From the NCBI RefSeq assembly GCF_006345805.1, contig NC_043014.1, forward strand, positions 30,380,001-30,444,000: 64,000 bases of DNA. Reading direction: 5' to 3'. The stretch's first letter is position 1; each line of letters begins with the position of its first letter. The notes under the pieces are model-generated. The model was not told where the DNA came from, ran no database searches, and saw only the letters and a list, made by a program, of their open reading frames with translations. Positions 50,271 through 64,000 of the stretch are shown here, in pieces. The position numbers and the translations under genes are program-made. This DNA comes from Octopus sinensis. Taxonomy: Eukaryota.

Positions 50271-50870
50271 ACAGCAGAATTGATATCCTAAAACCACCTT
50301 GGTAATGCTTGTCTGTGAGGATTTCTTCCCCACCTCCACCTCCAACCTTTCTGCCCCATCAACCCCCCCCCACACACACACACATTTCATCCCCTAACAC
50401 CCATCACTTCTCAATCGCCTGAGAGCAGAATAGGCACATACTACATCCCTCAGTTTTCTCAGTTACCTTTCTTCTCCAGCCTCAAACCATTTCCATTTCC
50501 CATTATCTTCCCCAGCCTACTGTCCCCACCAATTACCTCCTTTCTGCATCTTCTCTCCCTGTGCAATTCTCCATCATTGCTTTATCTGCTATCATCTTCA
50601 ATGCCCTCACATATCTCTCCTAGGTTTCTCTCCATCATTTGCTACAGTCACCTCTATCCTGCCCACTCACCCAGTCCAAACCCCTGTATCAGTTCTCCTA
50701 TTCCTTACACTCCCAAAGTCCTTTGAGGGCAAGTCCCAACTCATCTTCACTATCATCTCTCCCATTATGGCTCTCTTTATCTTACTCTCTAACTCACCTT
50801 TCTCTTCCAACTGGGGGGTATCTATGTATCTACTCTACAGCAGGACACCTATTTTTGTCCCTCTATACAT

Positions 50871-51091
50871 TTAACCCTTTCGCTACCAACCCGGCTGAAA
50901 CTGGCTCTGGCTCTGAATGCAAATGTCTTTTCATAAGTTCTGAATTAAAATCTTCCACCAAACCTTAGTCACAATTTATGTTCCTAACACTAGCTGAATG
51001 ATAACTAAGTTATTTTACTAAATTATTTGTTATACTTAAAGTAATTGAAAGAAACACAGAACATCTCAAAATACAGTAACAAAAGGGTTAA
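50871..51091. mobile_element. piggyBac-like MITE family b
   Basis: Same termini and internal sequence as 3941-4168. Confidence 0.85.
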
Positions 51092-53395
51092 TCTCTCAAC
51101 TGGCACAAAGCCACACCCACTCAATACTACTCCTCCATCCCAACTGAGGGCTTAGTGCTGGTGCTACTTAAAAAGCACCTAGATCACTATGTAAAGCGTT
51201 TGGTATTAGGAAGGGCATCCAGTTGCAGAAACCATGCCAAAACACACAATCGAAATTGGAACTGAGAATTTCATTGCCTTGACTCTTATCAAAATAAGGT
51301 ATACATATTTAACTCCTTTGAATGTTGCAGATCTAAGGGAGATAATTAAATGACTTATTTTCTGAACTTGATTGATTCTAGTAATTTATTCTAATGTTGG
51401 TCCTATTTCATCACTGTTGTTACTTCAAGCCCTTATATATAACGATTCCTTTAATAAGGGTAGGGTTATCTTCCGATTATAATGTGGTGTAGTCTAAAAA
51501 TTGGCTTTATATTTCATTACTGATTTATTTTATCAAATCCAGAACAATGAAAGGCACATTAAGATACACTGAACATACATCATCATCATCGTCATCGTTT
51601 AATGTCCGCTTTCCATGCTGGCATAAGTTGGACGGTTTGACTGAGGGCTGGTGTGCCAGAAGGCTGCACCAGGCTCCAATCTGATCTGGCAAAGTTTCTA
51701 CAGCTGGATGCCCTTCCTAATGCCAACCACTCCGAGAGTGTAGTGGGTGCTTTAACGTGCTACCAGCATGAAGGCCAGTCAGGCGGTACTGGCATCAACT
51801 ACGCTCAAATGGTGCTTTTTACATGCCACCTGCACAGGAGCCAATCAAGCGACGCTTGCAACGATCACACTCAAATGGGGCTTTTTACGTGCCACCGGCA
51901 CAGGAGCCAGTCAGATGGCACTGGTAACAATCACACTCGAATGGTGCTTTTAACATTCCACCGGCACGGGTGCCAGTCAGGCAGTACTGTCATCAGCCAT
52001 GACAACGATTTCACTTGCCTCAACAGGTCTTCAAAAGTGGAGATTATTGCCCAATGTTTGAAGGGTACTCTTAAATAGGCTGGTTATGCAGCGCTGGCAT
52101 GGGCCACTGTTACAGTCTCACTTGGCTTGCCGGGTCTTCTCAAGCACAGCACATCTCCAAAGGTCTCGGTTACATTGTTTCATATTATAAATAGGAAAAT
52201 ATGCAGCGCAATAAAGGACGAAATGGTTGTGGTCATGAATTCATCACCAAACCTTCAGCAAGAGTGGAGACATTGGGTTGTGTGTGTGTGTGTGTGTCAG
52301 TGAGGGACAGAGAGAGTGTGTTTGAAACCACAGTATGGTTAGTTAAAGGCTACTCTTTTGTGTTCCTTTCCCCCTTTGTCTATGTAAACTCTAGCCATAT
52401 GGCATTCGACATTCTTTGTGTCGCATTTTGTTCTTTCAAAAGATCGTTTCTCTTTTTTCTTTACCACCTGTCAGAGTTCCAATTGAGAAAGGATATTAGA
52501 TTTTGTTAAATTTCTTCCAACCTCTTCAAATTTTTAAAAATTCCTATCAGATTATTTTCAAAAAAATTTTGTTTTATTGTACTTTTGCATACTGATGATG
52601 AAAACTGCATTCATTTTTTTGCAGAGTTTCAGATTAGGATGTTCATACAAGTTGGATTTTCTCTAATTTGACAGGGATTTTTCCAATTTTTTTTCACTTC
52701 AGTTGGAAATGATGGGGGGCAACCTCCATTGAAAAAAATTTTTGAAAATTGATGATTTTTTTCTACTCTTCCAAGAAGGACAAGCACTGCAATGTCCCAG
52801 TAGAAGATTTTGTTGTTGTTTAGATCCACATTGACCCCAGATGATTAGAATCAAGATCATAGCATTCCAACGATGACAATTTATTTCATTCTTTTTTACT
52901 TCAGTGGACAGTGCGCCCTTTTCTAAAGATGGTAAAGTGTAATTTAATGGTGCATTTAGTTGAAAATGGTAAACAAGGTGGTCTGTGGTCTGTGCATGGA
53001 CAGTCCGTGTTGAATGCCAGAGCCAAGAACAGATATGGTGGACATTGAAGTGACAGCAGATGATGACTTTAGAGAATGACAAATGAGAGAAGCCTCTATG
53101 TGGTCACTCAACTTATCTTGTGGTTACTTTGTGATCTCACCAGTGCTGGTGCCACATAAAAATCAACTGATAATTGGCATTATGAAGAGCATCCAGCTAT
53201 AAAGACCATTCCAAATCAGACATAGAACCTAGTGGAACCTGCTGACTCGTCTGCTCTTGTCAAAGTTATGATGACGATAACTGAAAATATAAATTGTGGA
53301 ACAAGTGGCCAAGAAGGCCCAGACACCATCACTGCTGCTGCTGCTACTACTACTACTACTACTACTAATGCTAGTGATGGTGGTCGTCGTCATGC

Positions 53396-53436
<41 letters not shown>

Positions 53437-53899
53437 AAACAGCAACAGTATGATAACTAGATATAAAAAGCTGAAGCAAAAGAAGGACAAAACAACACTT
53501 TGCTACTTGATTTATTTTTATTTTTAACCTGCATTACGATTATCATTATTATCATTATTATTATTTCTTCTTCTTAATATTATTATCATTAACCAACAGT
53601 TTAACAAATTTTGGGAGAGTCAACAAAACAACTGCAATGCTATGTGTCAAACAATTGTTTCAAATTTTGGCACAAGGCCAGATATAATAAGGGGAGGGTG
53701 TAATCGATTACATTGAGATCAGTACCTAACTGGTACTTTATATTACTGACCCCAAAAGGATGAAAGGCAAAGATGACCTTGGTGGAATTTGAACTCAGAA
53801 TATAGACAGCTGAAAAAAATTGCTGCTAAGCATTTTCTCCAACATAAAAATAATTCTGCCAGTTTGCCATCTTGTATGCATCAAAGAATATATATATAT

Positions 53900-53932
<33 letters not shown>

Positions 53933-54213
53933 GCATGTATGTATATACACACGCACACACCTATCTCACACATACACACTCACACATATAATGTATGTAT
54001 GTATGTACATATATATGTGTGTGTGTTACATATATATATATTATATATGTATGTATAGGTTATAGAAAGACTTCGCATACACAACTAAATTCATAAATGT
54101 GTTAACCTAATGCACATATATATGCATGTGTGCATATATGTATATATCTATACACACACACACTCATTCACATAAGTATACATATACATAACACAGATAC
54201 ACAGACACACATA

Positions 54214-54249
<36 letters not shown>

Positions 54250-54349
54250 CATCACATATCTCTACTTTAATGTTATTAAACAATAGCAACAGAAATAATT
54301 TTTAGGGGAATGAGGAAGGGGTTGTTTATATGTGTTTTTTTAATATCTT

Positions 54350-54529
54350 CTACTCATTTGAGTTGCTCTCTGGGATACCAGCTTGCAGTCCACGGCAGAT
54401 ATACTGCAACTCTTCCACCAGCGTCTCATAGCGGTACGCCACTCGAATGTCTGGAACATTGGTACGACTCACATCATTCCCTGGAACTCCTTCACGTGTG
54501 TAATTAGGGCCTAACCAATGCTGTTTAAC
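54350..54529 (-). CDS. AMPD2: AMP deaminase terminal coding exon ([14 protein letters not shown]...[16 protein letters not shown]...NSNE*)
   Basis: HWLGPNY and RTNVPDIR motifs. Acceptor ATGCAG, then a stop codon. Confidence 0.95.
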   Translation of the reverse strand, partial: VKQHWLGPNYTREGVPGNDVSRTNVPDIRVAYRYETLVEELQYICRGLQAGIPESNSNE

Positions 54530-54668
54530 CTGCATCAAATACAAAGATCACATTAACTTACAGTGAGGACAGAAGGGAGAGGCGAACATAAACCAAAACA
54601 CCCAAAACATAAAAAGAAAACGACTAAAAGTGTAGTTGAGTGCTAATGCACATGACATGTATGTGTGT

Positions 54669-55090
54669 TTAACCCTTTAGTGTTCAGATTACTCTGTTAA
54701 ATGTAATACTTTTTCACTCAAATTGTTTTGAATTAATCTGGCATTATCTTATAGCTTTGAGGTTTCAATGATGTGATTGTTTAGTTTTAGAATGTCAATG
54801 TACGTTAGGTGTGAGAGTTTGAATATAAAACATGTAGAATATCTGGGCCAGATATGGCCAGTTTAAACACTAAAGTGCTAACCCTTTACCATTCAAATTA
54901 TTTTGTCAAAAGTAATGCTTATTTAGTCACAGTGTTTTAGATTAATCATACATTACCTCATAGCTTTGAGATTTTGATAAGGCAACTGTTAAATTTTGGA
55001 ATGATATTGTAGGGTTGGTGTGGGGGCTAGATTATAAACAGGTGAAATTATTTTAACTGAATATGGCAGGTTTGAATGCTAAAGTGTTAA
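54669..55090. mobile_element. Tandem pair of piggyBac-like MITE family a (a further copy at ~5001-5220)
   Basis: Two consecutive aaccctttagc..cagattactctgtcaaa..aatgctaaag-type units. Confidence 0.7.
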
Positions 55091-56629
55091 ATGGATGATG
55101 ATGATGGTGTTATGTTGAAAAGGTTGGACATGTTAATTGCTATTTTCAATGCTCAAAAAGCCTCCTACTCCCTTTATAAACTTTCTAGTTTGTGGATCTT
55201 GAGGTGGACTGAACTAATTAGTTCTATGCATTATCTCTTTAATTCTGCCTGCTCTGAACTAGTTTCTAAACTCTGTGTGAGATGTGTGTGTGTGTAAGTT
55301 TATTTGTGTCTATGGTATGTATACATGTGTGTGTGTGAGTAGGTGTGTCTATCTGTCTGTTTAACCTTATAATTGTGTATGCATATGGATATGTACTTTT
55401 GACAAGGATAGCTGGTCCCTGCGTTGCATCCATGTTGGGAAGGCCCTCTTTCTTGCATGCATTCTCTACATTTAATAGCTTTTTGTAGTAGCATTTACAT
55501 ACCTCTAGAATCACTAAGTGTAATTGTACCATTCTCTGATACACTGCTTTGCAATCCAGAATACCTCAATCCTCTGATCCTGCATTAAGGAAGCACTGGA
55601 GTTTTGAAAAATTGTATCATTATGTGGAATTCCCCAAAGCGAAATATATTTCCCACTGACTTTCATTTTTCATTGATTTCCTGGTAATATGGAAATCAAT
55701 GGGGAAAAGAGGTTCACATACAGGATGATACCATACGGCAAGATTTTCAGGAAAGCAGTATTTCCATAACATGGGGGATGCCTGTATTATTTCAATCTTC
55801 CTCTTCTTTCTTATTTGTTCTGTTGGTATTTCAACAAGCAACACTTAATAGATGGAGGCAAAACTGATTGGAATAAGTGGATTTTTCCTTTTTGTCATTT
55901 GCCCTCTTTGTTTTTGCAATGTTCTTGTTCAAATAGTTTTGATGCAATTAAGACAGTCTGATGCTAGAGTTTGCAATATGCTACTTGTTCTTTCCAGATT
56001 TTCAGGCTGATGTTGGTATTCTTATCACGTTTGAGTTGATCTTTACGACATCATGTCAACATCATTAATAGATCGACAGTGATGGATATGCATTACGATA
56101 TGTAATGAGAGTATGATGTAATATGGAGTACAATAGAAATAACACTGATGAATCATTGTAAGGTGCAAATATGATGTACTTAGTATCACACATTGAAATG
56201 TTTGAGAGTTAGTCTGAGCACAGTAACATTATAGAGGGGAATCTTACTGAGATATCATTGTTAGTGAAAGTACAAGTTATAGTATCATATAAGGGAATGT
56301 CTCTGACATATCAATGTAGGTAACAATACAAAGTACCACACATGAAATGTGAATTCAAGCTTTTGAGTATTACAGATTGGAATACTATTGATATTTCATT
56401 GTTAGCAAGACTATAAGGTATTTAATATTAGAAATTAAAAAGGCTACTGATATTTCAGTGTTTGGAGTACAAGGGATCTTATTCAGAATGTCAAAGTACA
56501 AGCAATCTTATTCAGAATATCATACATACTCATATATCTTTTTTAGTGTAATAACTAGAGAAATAGTATCATCATATATGGGAATATCTCATACACATAC
56601 ATACAATGTTATATCAATGGTAAACAAAC

Positions 56630-56740
56630 CTCATGAGGGAATCCACTCTGTAGAACACTGTTGCGGGCAATCTCACACATATCACAAGTGCTTAACTTCC
56701 ACACCTGGGCGGCAATACTGTACTCTTCCATCAGAGGTTC
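56630..56740 (-). CDS. AMPD2: AMP deaminase exon ([37 protein letters not shown])
   Basis: [10 protein letters not shown] motif. 111 nt, phase 0-0. Acceptor TTGCAG and donor GAG|GTTTGT. Confidence 0.96.
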
Positions 56741-57081
56741 CTGCAAGTAAAATTAAAAGAAGGGATCAAGTTATGATAAGATTAGAGACACACCAGCTGA
56801 AGTTTTGACTCATTAGCTTCCAGTGATCTTTATGAAAGGTAAATTTAATACAACTGCTTGGTCCTTGGATGGTTTTAGTGAAGTTCAATTTCTTTCTCAC
56901 ATTCAAACCATTCTTTCCCCGCCTACTCTTGTTCTTGCAGCTATTGACCTGAAGATGTTCACTCTGAGAGTGAATATCCTCAGCCAGTTATATTATGACT
57001 CAGTGAGTAATAAGTTCAGTTGCTTGGAAAAGTGGAATACTCAGAGTACTAGTGGGCAGATAAACAGGTGCTGTTCATTCA

Positions 57082-57303
<222 letters not shown>

Positions 57304-58539
57304 CTAGTGAGAAACAAATAATAATAAGATTCAGTGACCAAACATCTTGAACTCATGAAACAAACTGCAAAAATGATAATCTTACAAAATATTTTGTTGG
57401 TTTGTTTGTTTTTTTCGTATTTGAAAAAAGAATGATGCCTTTAATTTACAAATACTGGTTGTCGTTTTCAAACTTTTGGATGACAGTATTGACTTTAAGT
57501 TGTAGAGTTAATAATTCTTGATGCTTAACCCTTTTGTTAGCATATTTCTATTAAAATACACCCTCTTTATTTCAAATAATTTTGAAAATAATAAAGAATT
57601 TGCTAAAATATCTCGGTCATTTCTAAGCTGATAATTGAAACATAAGTTAACATGGAAATTTAATTTCGATCATTTTATATAGAAAGTTTATATCAACGAA
57701 TCAGGGTTAAACTAAGTGAATAAAATGACAAAATAAAAAGTTAGGATGAGTTCTACAGATACTTCACATTTTAATAAAAGTATTGTTCCCATACAGTTTC
57801 TTTCTACCAAATTCCACTCACAAGTGCAAGTATCTGCTATGATAACCTCAGCTTGAAGTTATCATTGAAGACACCCACCCAAAATACTATACAGTGGAAT
57901 GGAACCTGCCCAGCAACTTTCATAACAAGCATCCATAGACACAGGCATGGCTGTATGGTAAGAAGCTTTCTTCCCAAGCACATGGTTCTGGGTTCAGTCC
58001 TACTGCATGGCACCTTGGGAAAGTGTATTCTACTATAGCCTTGGGCTGACCAAAGCCTTATGAAGGGATTTGGTAGACAGAAACTGAAAGAAGCCCGTAT
58101 GTGTATCTCTGTTTGTCCCCCACCTCTGCTTGATAACTGGTTGTTGGTGTGTTTACATCCCCATAACTTAGCAGTTCAGCAAAAGAATAAGTACCAGGCC
58201 TAAAAAAATTTTTTTAAAGTACTGGGGTTGATTCATTTGACTAATGATTTTTCAAGGCAGTGCCCTAGCATGGCTGCGGTCTAATGACTGAAACAAGTAA
58301 GACAAAACATAATACCAGTACTAATATACAGCCAGTTTTGAAGTTCCATTCCACTGCATGGCACTTGCACTGAGTGTCTTCAATATCGGTAACCACAGGC
58401 TGGCCTGTGCCTTGTGCATAGAATCAAATAAACACAAACTGTACAAAAGCACTAATGTTATTCAAATGTGAAAACTTCTTAGAGTTTATCCAAGCTTTCA
58501 ATTTTGTCATATCATCACCAACATTTAATGTCTGTTTAC

Positions 58540-58660
58540 CTTTCTGAGGACCAGTCCATGAGCAATACTTTCACTGAGCATATAACCAGCCACCAAGTGA
58601 GTCACATTGCCAGCTTCTCCACAATGTGGCCGAAGAACAAATGTATTGAAACCACGTTCT
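58540..58660 (-). CDS. AMPD2: AMP deaminase exon ([40 protein letters not shown])
   Basis: LRPHCGEAG active-site motif, not in the ORF track. Acceptor GTTTCAG and donor AAG|GTAAAC. Phase 2 to 0. Confidence 0.96.
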
Positions 58661-60807
58661 CTGAAACAACAAAAATGGATGGAAATATACTATATGTAAT
58701 AGATGTATCCAATGTTTTATGTTAGTGTGGGTTAGACAGGTCTGCAAATTCAGATACATATAAGGAATTCATATGTGTGTGGTATTTAGGTGGGGAGTGA
58801 GTGAGTACCAGACACTCCTAAGTAAAAATCAAGAAATATATGAAGAGAAGGGATGAAATCAGATCTCAGGATGTTTGTTTTCACATACAGTAACAGATCT
58901 CTTATCCAGAAATCCAGGAATATCATGCAATATACTATACCTTGTATTAAGTAAACAGACCTTGTTTTTGAATTAGTTAATTTGCATATGGTTTGTTAAA
59001 AATAGTTTTGTTCTTCACTTTTTTAAAGTGAATTGATAAAGACTAAACATACTCTGCTTTAGAAATGCATTAATTTGTGCCTGTATCATATTCTTTACTT
59101 TTCATTTAAATTTCACTCTATAAACACTACACAATACAATATGATATATTTTTAGAATTTTTAGTCGATTAATAAATATCAAACAGACTCTACTTTAGAA
59201 GCATCTTTATTTGAATTTGTTAAATACAATTAGCTTTTTACTTTTCATAGTTTATTTTATATTATATGTGCATATTTAGGCTGAAAACTGGAAAATCCAG
59301 AACATTTCCAGTCCCAAGCTTTCCATATAATTAGTTCAGTACTGTATAATTCTATCTGTCTGTCTATATATATATATATTTAAAATCTGATGCAGGACTG
59401 AGATTGTACAACAAATATATCTAACTCATGCCAGCATGGAAAACAATTTATATGTAGACTATGATATATAACAGGTAAGAATATCTCGAAAGGTATATAA
59501 GAGATACAGACAAATGAGTGCTCAGACTGGATCATATAGCTAAATTCCAGCATCAAACCATGAGAATCAGAAACCAGAGTTGGCTGCAGAAAATGTGGCA
59601 CCAAAGCATTTATACATTGGTTACACAGAAATGAATATAAAGATGACAATGAGAAGAAGGAGGCGGTAGCTATCTTACAGTGTGTGGAGGTAAGTGATGT
59701 GCTTTCCTTTAGAATTACACATACAAAGATGAGGAAATGTGGCACATGGCCTGCAAAGGTTTTCTGTAAGAAGCTTTGGAAATAAGAAGTTTATGTTTCG
59801 ATGACTGGCATCCGTGCTAGTGAAGCACTAAGAGTACTATATGAGTGTGATCGTTGCCAGAGCAACAAGCTGGCCTCTGTGCCAGTGGCACATAAAAAGC
59901 ACCATTCGAGTGTGATCATTACTTGCATCACCTTACTGGCACTAGTGCTGGTGCCATGTGAAAAAACATTTGAGCAAGGTCGTTGACAGTGCTGCTGGAC
60001 TGGCTCCTGTGCAGGTGGCACATACAAAGCACCATCTGAGTGTGGTCATTGCCAGTACCGCCTGACTGGCTCTTGTGCCGGTAGCACGTAAAAGCACCCA
60101 CTACACTCTCAGAGTGGTTGGCATTAGGAAGGGCATCCAGCTGTAGAAACTCTGCCAGATCATATTGGAGTCTGGTGCAGCCATCTGGTTCGCTAGACCT
60201 CAGTGAAATCATCCAACCCATGCTAGCATGGAAAGCGAACGTTAAAAAATGATGATGATGATGATGAGAAGGGAGTGATTGGCAGCAGCCACATATTAGG
60301 CAGTGAAATGTTGTTGTTATTGGAAAGAAAACTTAGTTTTGCTGTATTTATATTTTTACTAGTTAGATTGAGAAGGAAGGGCAATAGCCATGGCCTTCAT
60401 CAACTTTAATAGACTGAGGGGATAGGAGGGATACAGATAATCAACAATTAATTTGAAAATAGTGGCTGGAGAAAAAAAATTCTGTGAGGTCACAGATTTG
60501 TCACAAAGACTTAATCTTAATTCAGAAATGCTTGTCTTCAACACCCCAAATAACAACAACAACAAGAATAATAATCCTTTCTACTAAAGGCACAAGGCCT
60601 GAAATTTGTAGGGGGTGTAGGACTATTCGATTACATCGACCCCCAGTGTTTCACTGGTACTTAATTTATTGACCCCAAAAGGTTGAAAGGCAAAGTCAAC
60701 CTTGGCAGAATTTGAACTCAGAATGTAGCGATGGCCGAAATACCACGAAGCATTTCATCCAGCATGCTAACAATACTGCCAGCTTGCTGCCTTAATAATA
60801 ATAATAA

Positions 60808-60845
<38 letters not shown>

Positions 60846-60862
60846 ACAATGATAAAGCTGAC

Positions 60863-61026
60863 CTGCGGAATTGATTGAGGACGGTCATGTTAGCAAACAT
60901 ATAGTACAAATAGTAATTGTATGGTGGGTTCTCATCATTGGTCCAGTTGCGTGGAAAGGGACTGTCAGCATCAAATACCACATGCTCAGATTTCGATTCA
61001 TCATCCACAGAATCAAAACCTGAAAC
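60863..61026 (-). CDS. AMPD2: AMP deaminase exon ([15 protein letters not shown]...[22 protein letters not shown])
   Basis: Invariant [10 protein letters not shown] motif. Acceptor TTTTATAG and donor AG|GTCAGC. Phase 0 to 2. Confidence 0.95.
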
Positions 61027-62152
61027 CTATAAAAGAAAAGTCAAGAATCAAAACAAGAAACATCAGAGTTCAAGAAATTTTAAAAAACTTATGAAGGATT
61101 CCTACAGTCTCCATTTTGCAGAGAGAGTGGGGAGGGAGGGGTGTCCTTTGTTGCCAATACAGAGAGTAACTCACTCAACTTCCTCCCTTTCTTTATTATT
61201 TCTTTTCCATCAACCCCACCACCGCCACCTTTATAAAGAAAATAAGAGTTTACAACAGGCAGCATAAATCAAAAATGCTCAAGCATAGCCATATCCAAAT
61301 GGTTCAAAACTAATCAAAGCACTAATCATCATCATCATCACCATCAACGTCGTCATCACTGCTGTTGCTATCATCATTACTTTTGTAAGCCTGTTTCTCT
61401 ATGAATAGTACAGGTCTTCAGCATGGCAACTCACCACATTTTGTGATCTTTGTCGTCTCTATGTGGTTCTTGACTACTTCTTCCCATGCCTTCTTCAGGG
61501 TTTCTCTTCCACAGGTTCCTCCCACTTGGATCACTCAAAACTCCTTTACCCAACTATCATCCTTCATATGCATAACATACCTGCACCAGTATTATTTTCT
61601 TTCCAGATGGGTGCGGCAAACAGCCTGGAGAGTAGTGATGGAAGGGGACAGCAGAAAGGCTTGAGTTGGAAGTCAGGAGGATCCAGTAGAAGGGTATGAA
61701 ATATATGTTTATTTACCTTTAGTTATCTATAAGGGTGGCAGAACAGGAAGATGGGAGGGCATAGCAAAAAGGTGTGGTAGTATGGCACAGTGGGTGGGAG
61801 CACATTTAATAAATACGGTTGTTTTTACTAGCCTTCTTCAATTCTGTATCTCTTAGCATCTCACATCTATGAAATCCCATGTCCACAGGTTTCACACACA
61901 AAAAAAGCAAAAATCTCAATAACAGAAGTACATAATACTATATTCTTTTAACACTGTAAACTGAAGGTTAAAAATATTAATTTAGTATTTTTCTTCCTTT
62001 CTAGTTTTAAGAAAGAAAGAATGAACGAATGAATGAAAGTAGACAGACAGACAGATACATTGTGTGCATGTATGAGTGATCAGAATACTTACACTGAGAG
62101 ACAGCTCTTGTGGCCAGAATACATACAGAGAAAAAACATCCACTGCTAGCTA

Positions 62153-62204
<52 letters not shown>

Positions 62205-62393
62205 ATATATACATATATATATACACATACATATATACATATATATATACACATACATATATACATATATATAAACACATACATATATACATATATATAA
62301 ACACATACATATATAACATATATATAACACATACATATATACATATATAAACACATACATATATAATATATATATATACACATACATATATAT

Positions 62394-62424
<31 letters not shown>

Positions 62425-62534
62425 AATATATAAATATATATATATAAATATATATATAATATATATATATATACATACACACACACACACACAGAAATGG
62501 GAAAACAGCAATTGTGGGCCACCAGGATACTTAC

Positions 62535-62661
62535 ATACTGAAGGAAAGCATGTAACTGAGGATAACTCTTAGGATCATTTGTAGCAGCAAACAATGGTTC
62601 GAAGATATTCTCTAAGATCTGTTGGAAGTTGCTCACTAACTTGTTGGAACGATACACATCA
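62535..62661 (-). CDS. AMPD2: AMP deaminase exon ([42 protein letters not shown])
   Basis: Matches the AMPD catalytic domain ([27 protein letters not shown]). Pyrimidine tract with AAG acceptor at 62662 and donor TAT|GTAAGT. Upstream exons lie beyond the window. The symbol denotes the closest vertebrate paralog by recall. Confidence 0.93.
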
Positions 62662-62827
62662 CTTGAAGAGAGGAAAAAGAAAAAAACACAAAGAATATAC
62701 TATTAAAATATACACAATGAGAACATGTGGTTTTGAAATATATGCCATCAATTAGAATGTATAGCATTATTATATACAGACCCCCCACCACCACTGCTAC
62801 TACCACCATTTAACATATATATATATA

Positions 62828-64000
62828 TCATCATCATCATCATCATCATCATTTAGCGTCCGTTTTCCATGCTAGCATGGGTTGGACGGTTCAACTGGGG
62901 TCTGGGGAGCCCGAAGGCTGCACCAGGCCAGTCAGATCTGGCAGTGTTTCTACAGCTGGATGCCCTTCCTAACGCCAACCACTCCGAGAGTGTAGTGGGT
63001 GATTTTATGTGCCACCGACACAGGTGCCAGACGAGGCTGGCGAACGGCCACGCTCGGATGGTGTTTTTATGTGCCACCGACACAGGTGCCAGACGAGGCT
63101 GGCAGACGGCCACGCTCGGATGGTGTTTTTATGTGCCACCGACACAGGTGCCAGATGAGGCTGGCAGACGGCCACGCTCGGATGGTGTTTTTATGTGCCA
63201 CCGACACAGGTGCCAGATGAGGCTGGCGGACGGCCACGATCGGATGGTGTTTGTTACGTCCCCAAAGCACGGAGGCCAGTCTATGCGGTACTGGCTACGG
63301 CCACGTTCGGATGATTTTCTTGTGTGCCACCGGCACTGGTACCACAGATACAAATTCCATTTATGTTCATCTATTTTGATTTGATTTGATTTTCACTTGC
63401 CTCAACAGGTCTTCACAAGTGTCACTTGCCTCAACAGGTCTTCACAAGTGTCACAAGAAGGAAGGTATGCACAGGTGGACTGTCTACGTCGCCGGGTCTT
63501 CGGATGGTGTCTTTATGTGCCACCGACACAGGTGCCAGATGTGGCTGGCGAACGGCCACGATCGGATGGTTTTCTTGTGTGCCACCGGTACTGGAACCAC
63601 AAAGATACAAATTCCATTGATGTTCATCTATTTTGATTTGGTTTGATTTTCACTTGCCTCAACAGGTCTTCACAAGTGTCACGCGTGTCACACACTTGCC
63701 TCAACAGGTCTCCACAAGTGTCACACACTTGCCTCTGCCTCAACAGGTCTTCACAAGTGTCACACACTTGCCTCTGCCTCAACAGGTCTTCACAAGTGTC
63801 ATAAGAGGGAAGGTATGCACAGGTGGACTGACTACGTCGCCGGGTCTTTGGATGGTGTTTTTATGTGCCACCGACACAGGTGCCAGGTGAGGCTGGCGAA
63901 CGACCACGATCAGATGGTGTTTGTTGTGCCCACAGCACGGAGGCCAGTCGATGCGGTACCAGCTACGGCCACTTCGGATGGTTTTCTTGTGTGCCACCGG
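62828..64000 (-). mobile_element. SINE-like family B with (GAT)n tail and internal VNTRs. Other copies: ~5490-5762, 8150-8455, 9390-9577, 12175-12340(-), 12945-13176, 24015-24300(-), 44222-44727, 48539-48697, 51578-52155(-), 59810-60266
   Basis: Shared gtggttggcgttaggaagggcatccagctgtagaaac core, palindromic ccatgctagcatgg, and a (GAT)n tail. Confidence 0.85.

Noticed and set aside
52880-52940. 27 nt micro-exon-like segment (ttacttcag|TGGAC...GATG|gtaaag)
   Set aside because: No host gene on the plus strand could be assembled, and similar motif variants nearby suggest a decayed repeat.
59540-59695. Plus-strand exon-like segment ending in GAG|GTAAGT within an AMPD intron
   Set aside because: No recognisable peptide, no convincing partner exons, and a single donor match is expected by chance.
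62990-63340. Regular ~62 bp repeats resembling a CRISPR array
   Set aside because: Units are contiguous with no unique spacers, lie inside a dispersed eukaryotic repeat, and no cas genes are present.

Overview
AT-rich, repeat-dominated eukaryotic genomic DNA. The SINE/MITE repertoire and the huge (TA)n/(CA)n tracts look like an octopus (coleoid cephalopod) genome; this is inference, not a database match. Two spliced host genes lie on the minus strand. The first is the 5' part of a CEP164-like WW-domain gene: three confident exons at 15795-10751 and two probable exons at 6888-6785 and 4444-4301. The second is the 3' six exons of AMP deaminase (62661-54350). The rest is mostly transposable elements. 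These include a full-length 4.7 kb CR1/L2-type LINE (16960-21675) with a TSD, nested in a TTAA-flanked MITE, and an ORF1/gag-only poly(A) retroelement. There are also a non-autonomous Helitron, mariner and DD37D transposase relics, RTE/CR1 RT relics, a probable solo LTR, four SINE-like families, and Penelope-like segments with hammerhead-like motifs, one of them in a ~790 bp palindrome. The most interesting signal is in the LINE: ORF2 has no AUG before its endonuclease domain, and it overlaps the end of ORF1 in the -1 frame across an in-phase G GGA AAC slippery heptamer, suggesting programmed -1 frameshifting. Most short ORFs in the supplied track are microsatellite or SINE artefacts. Coordinates of degenerate repeats are approximate.
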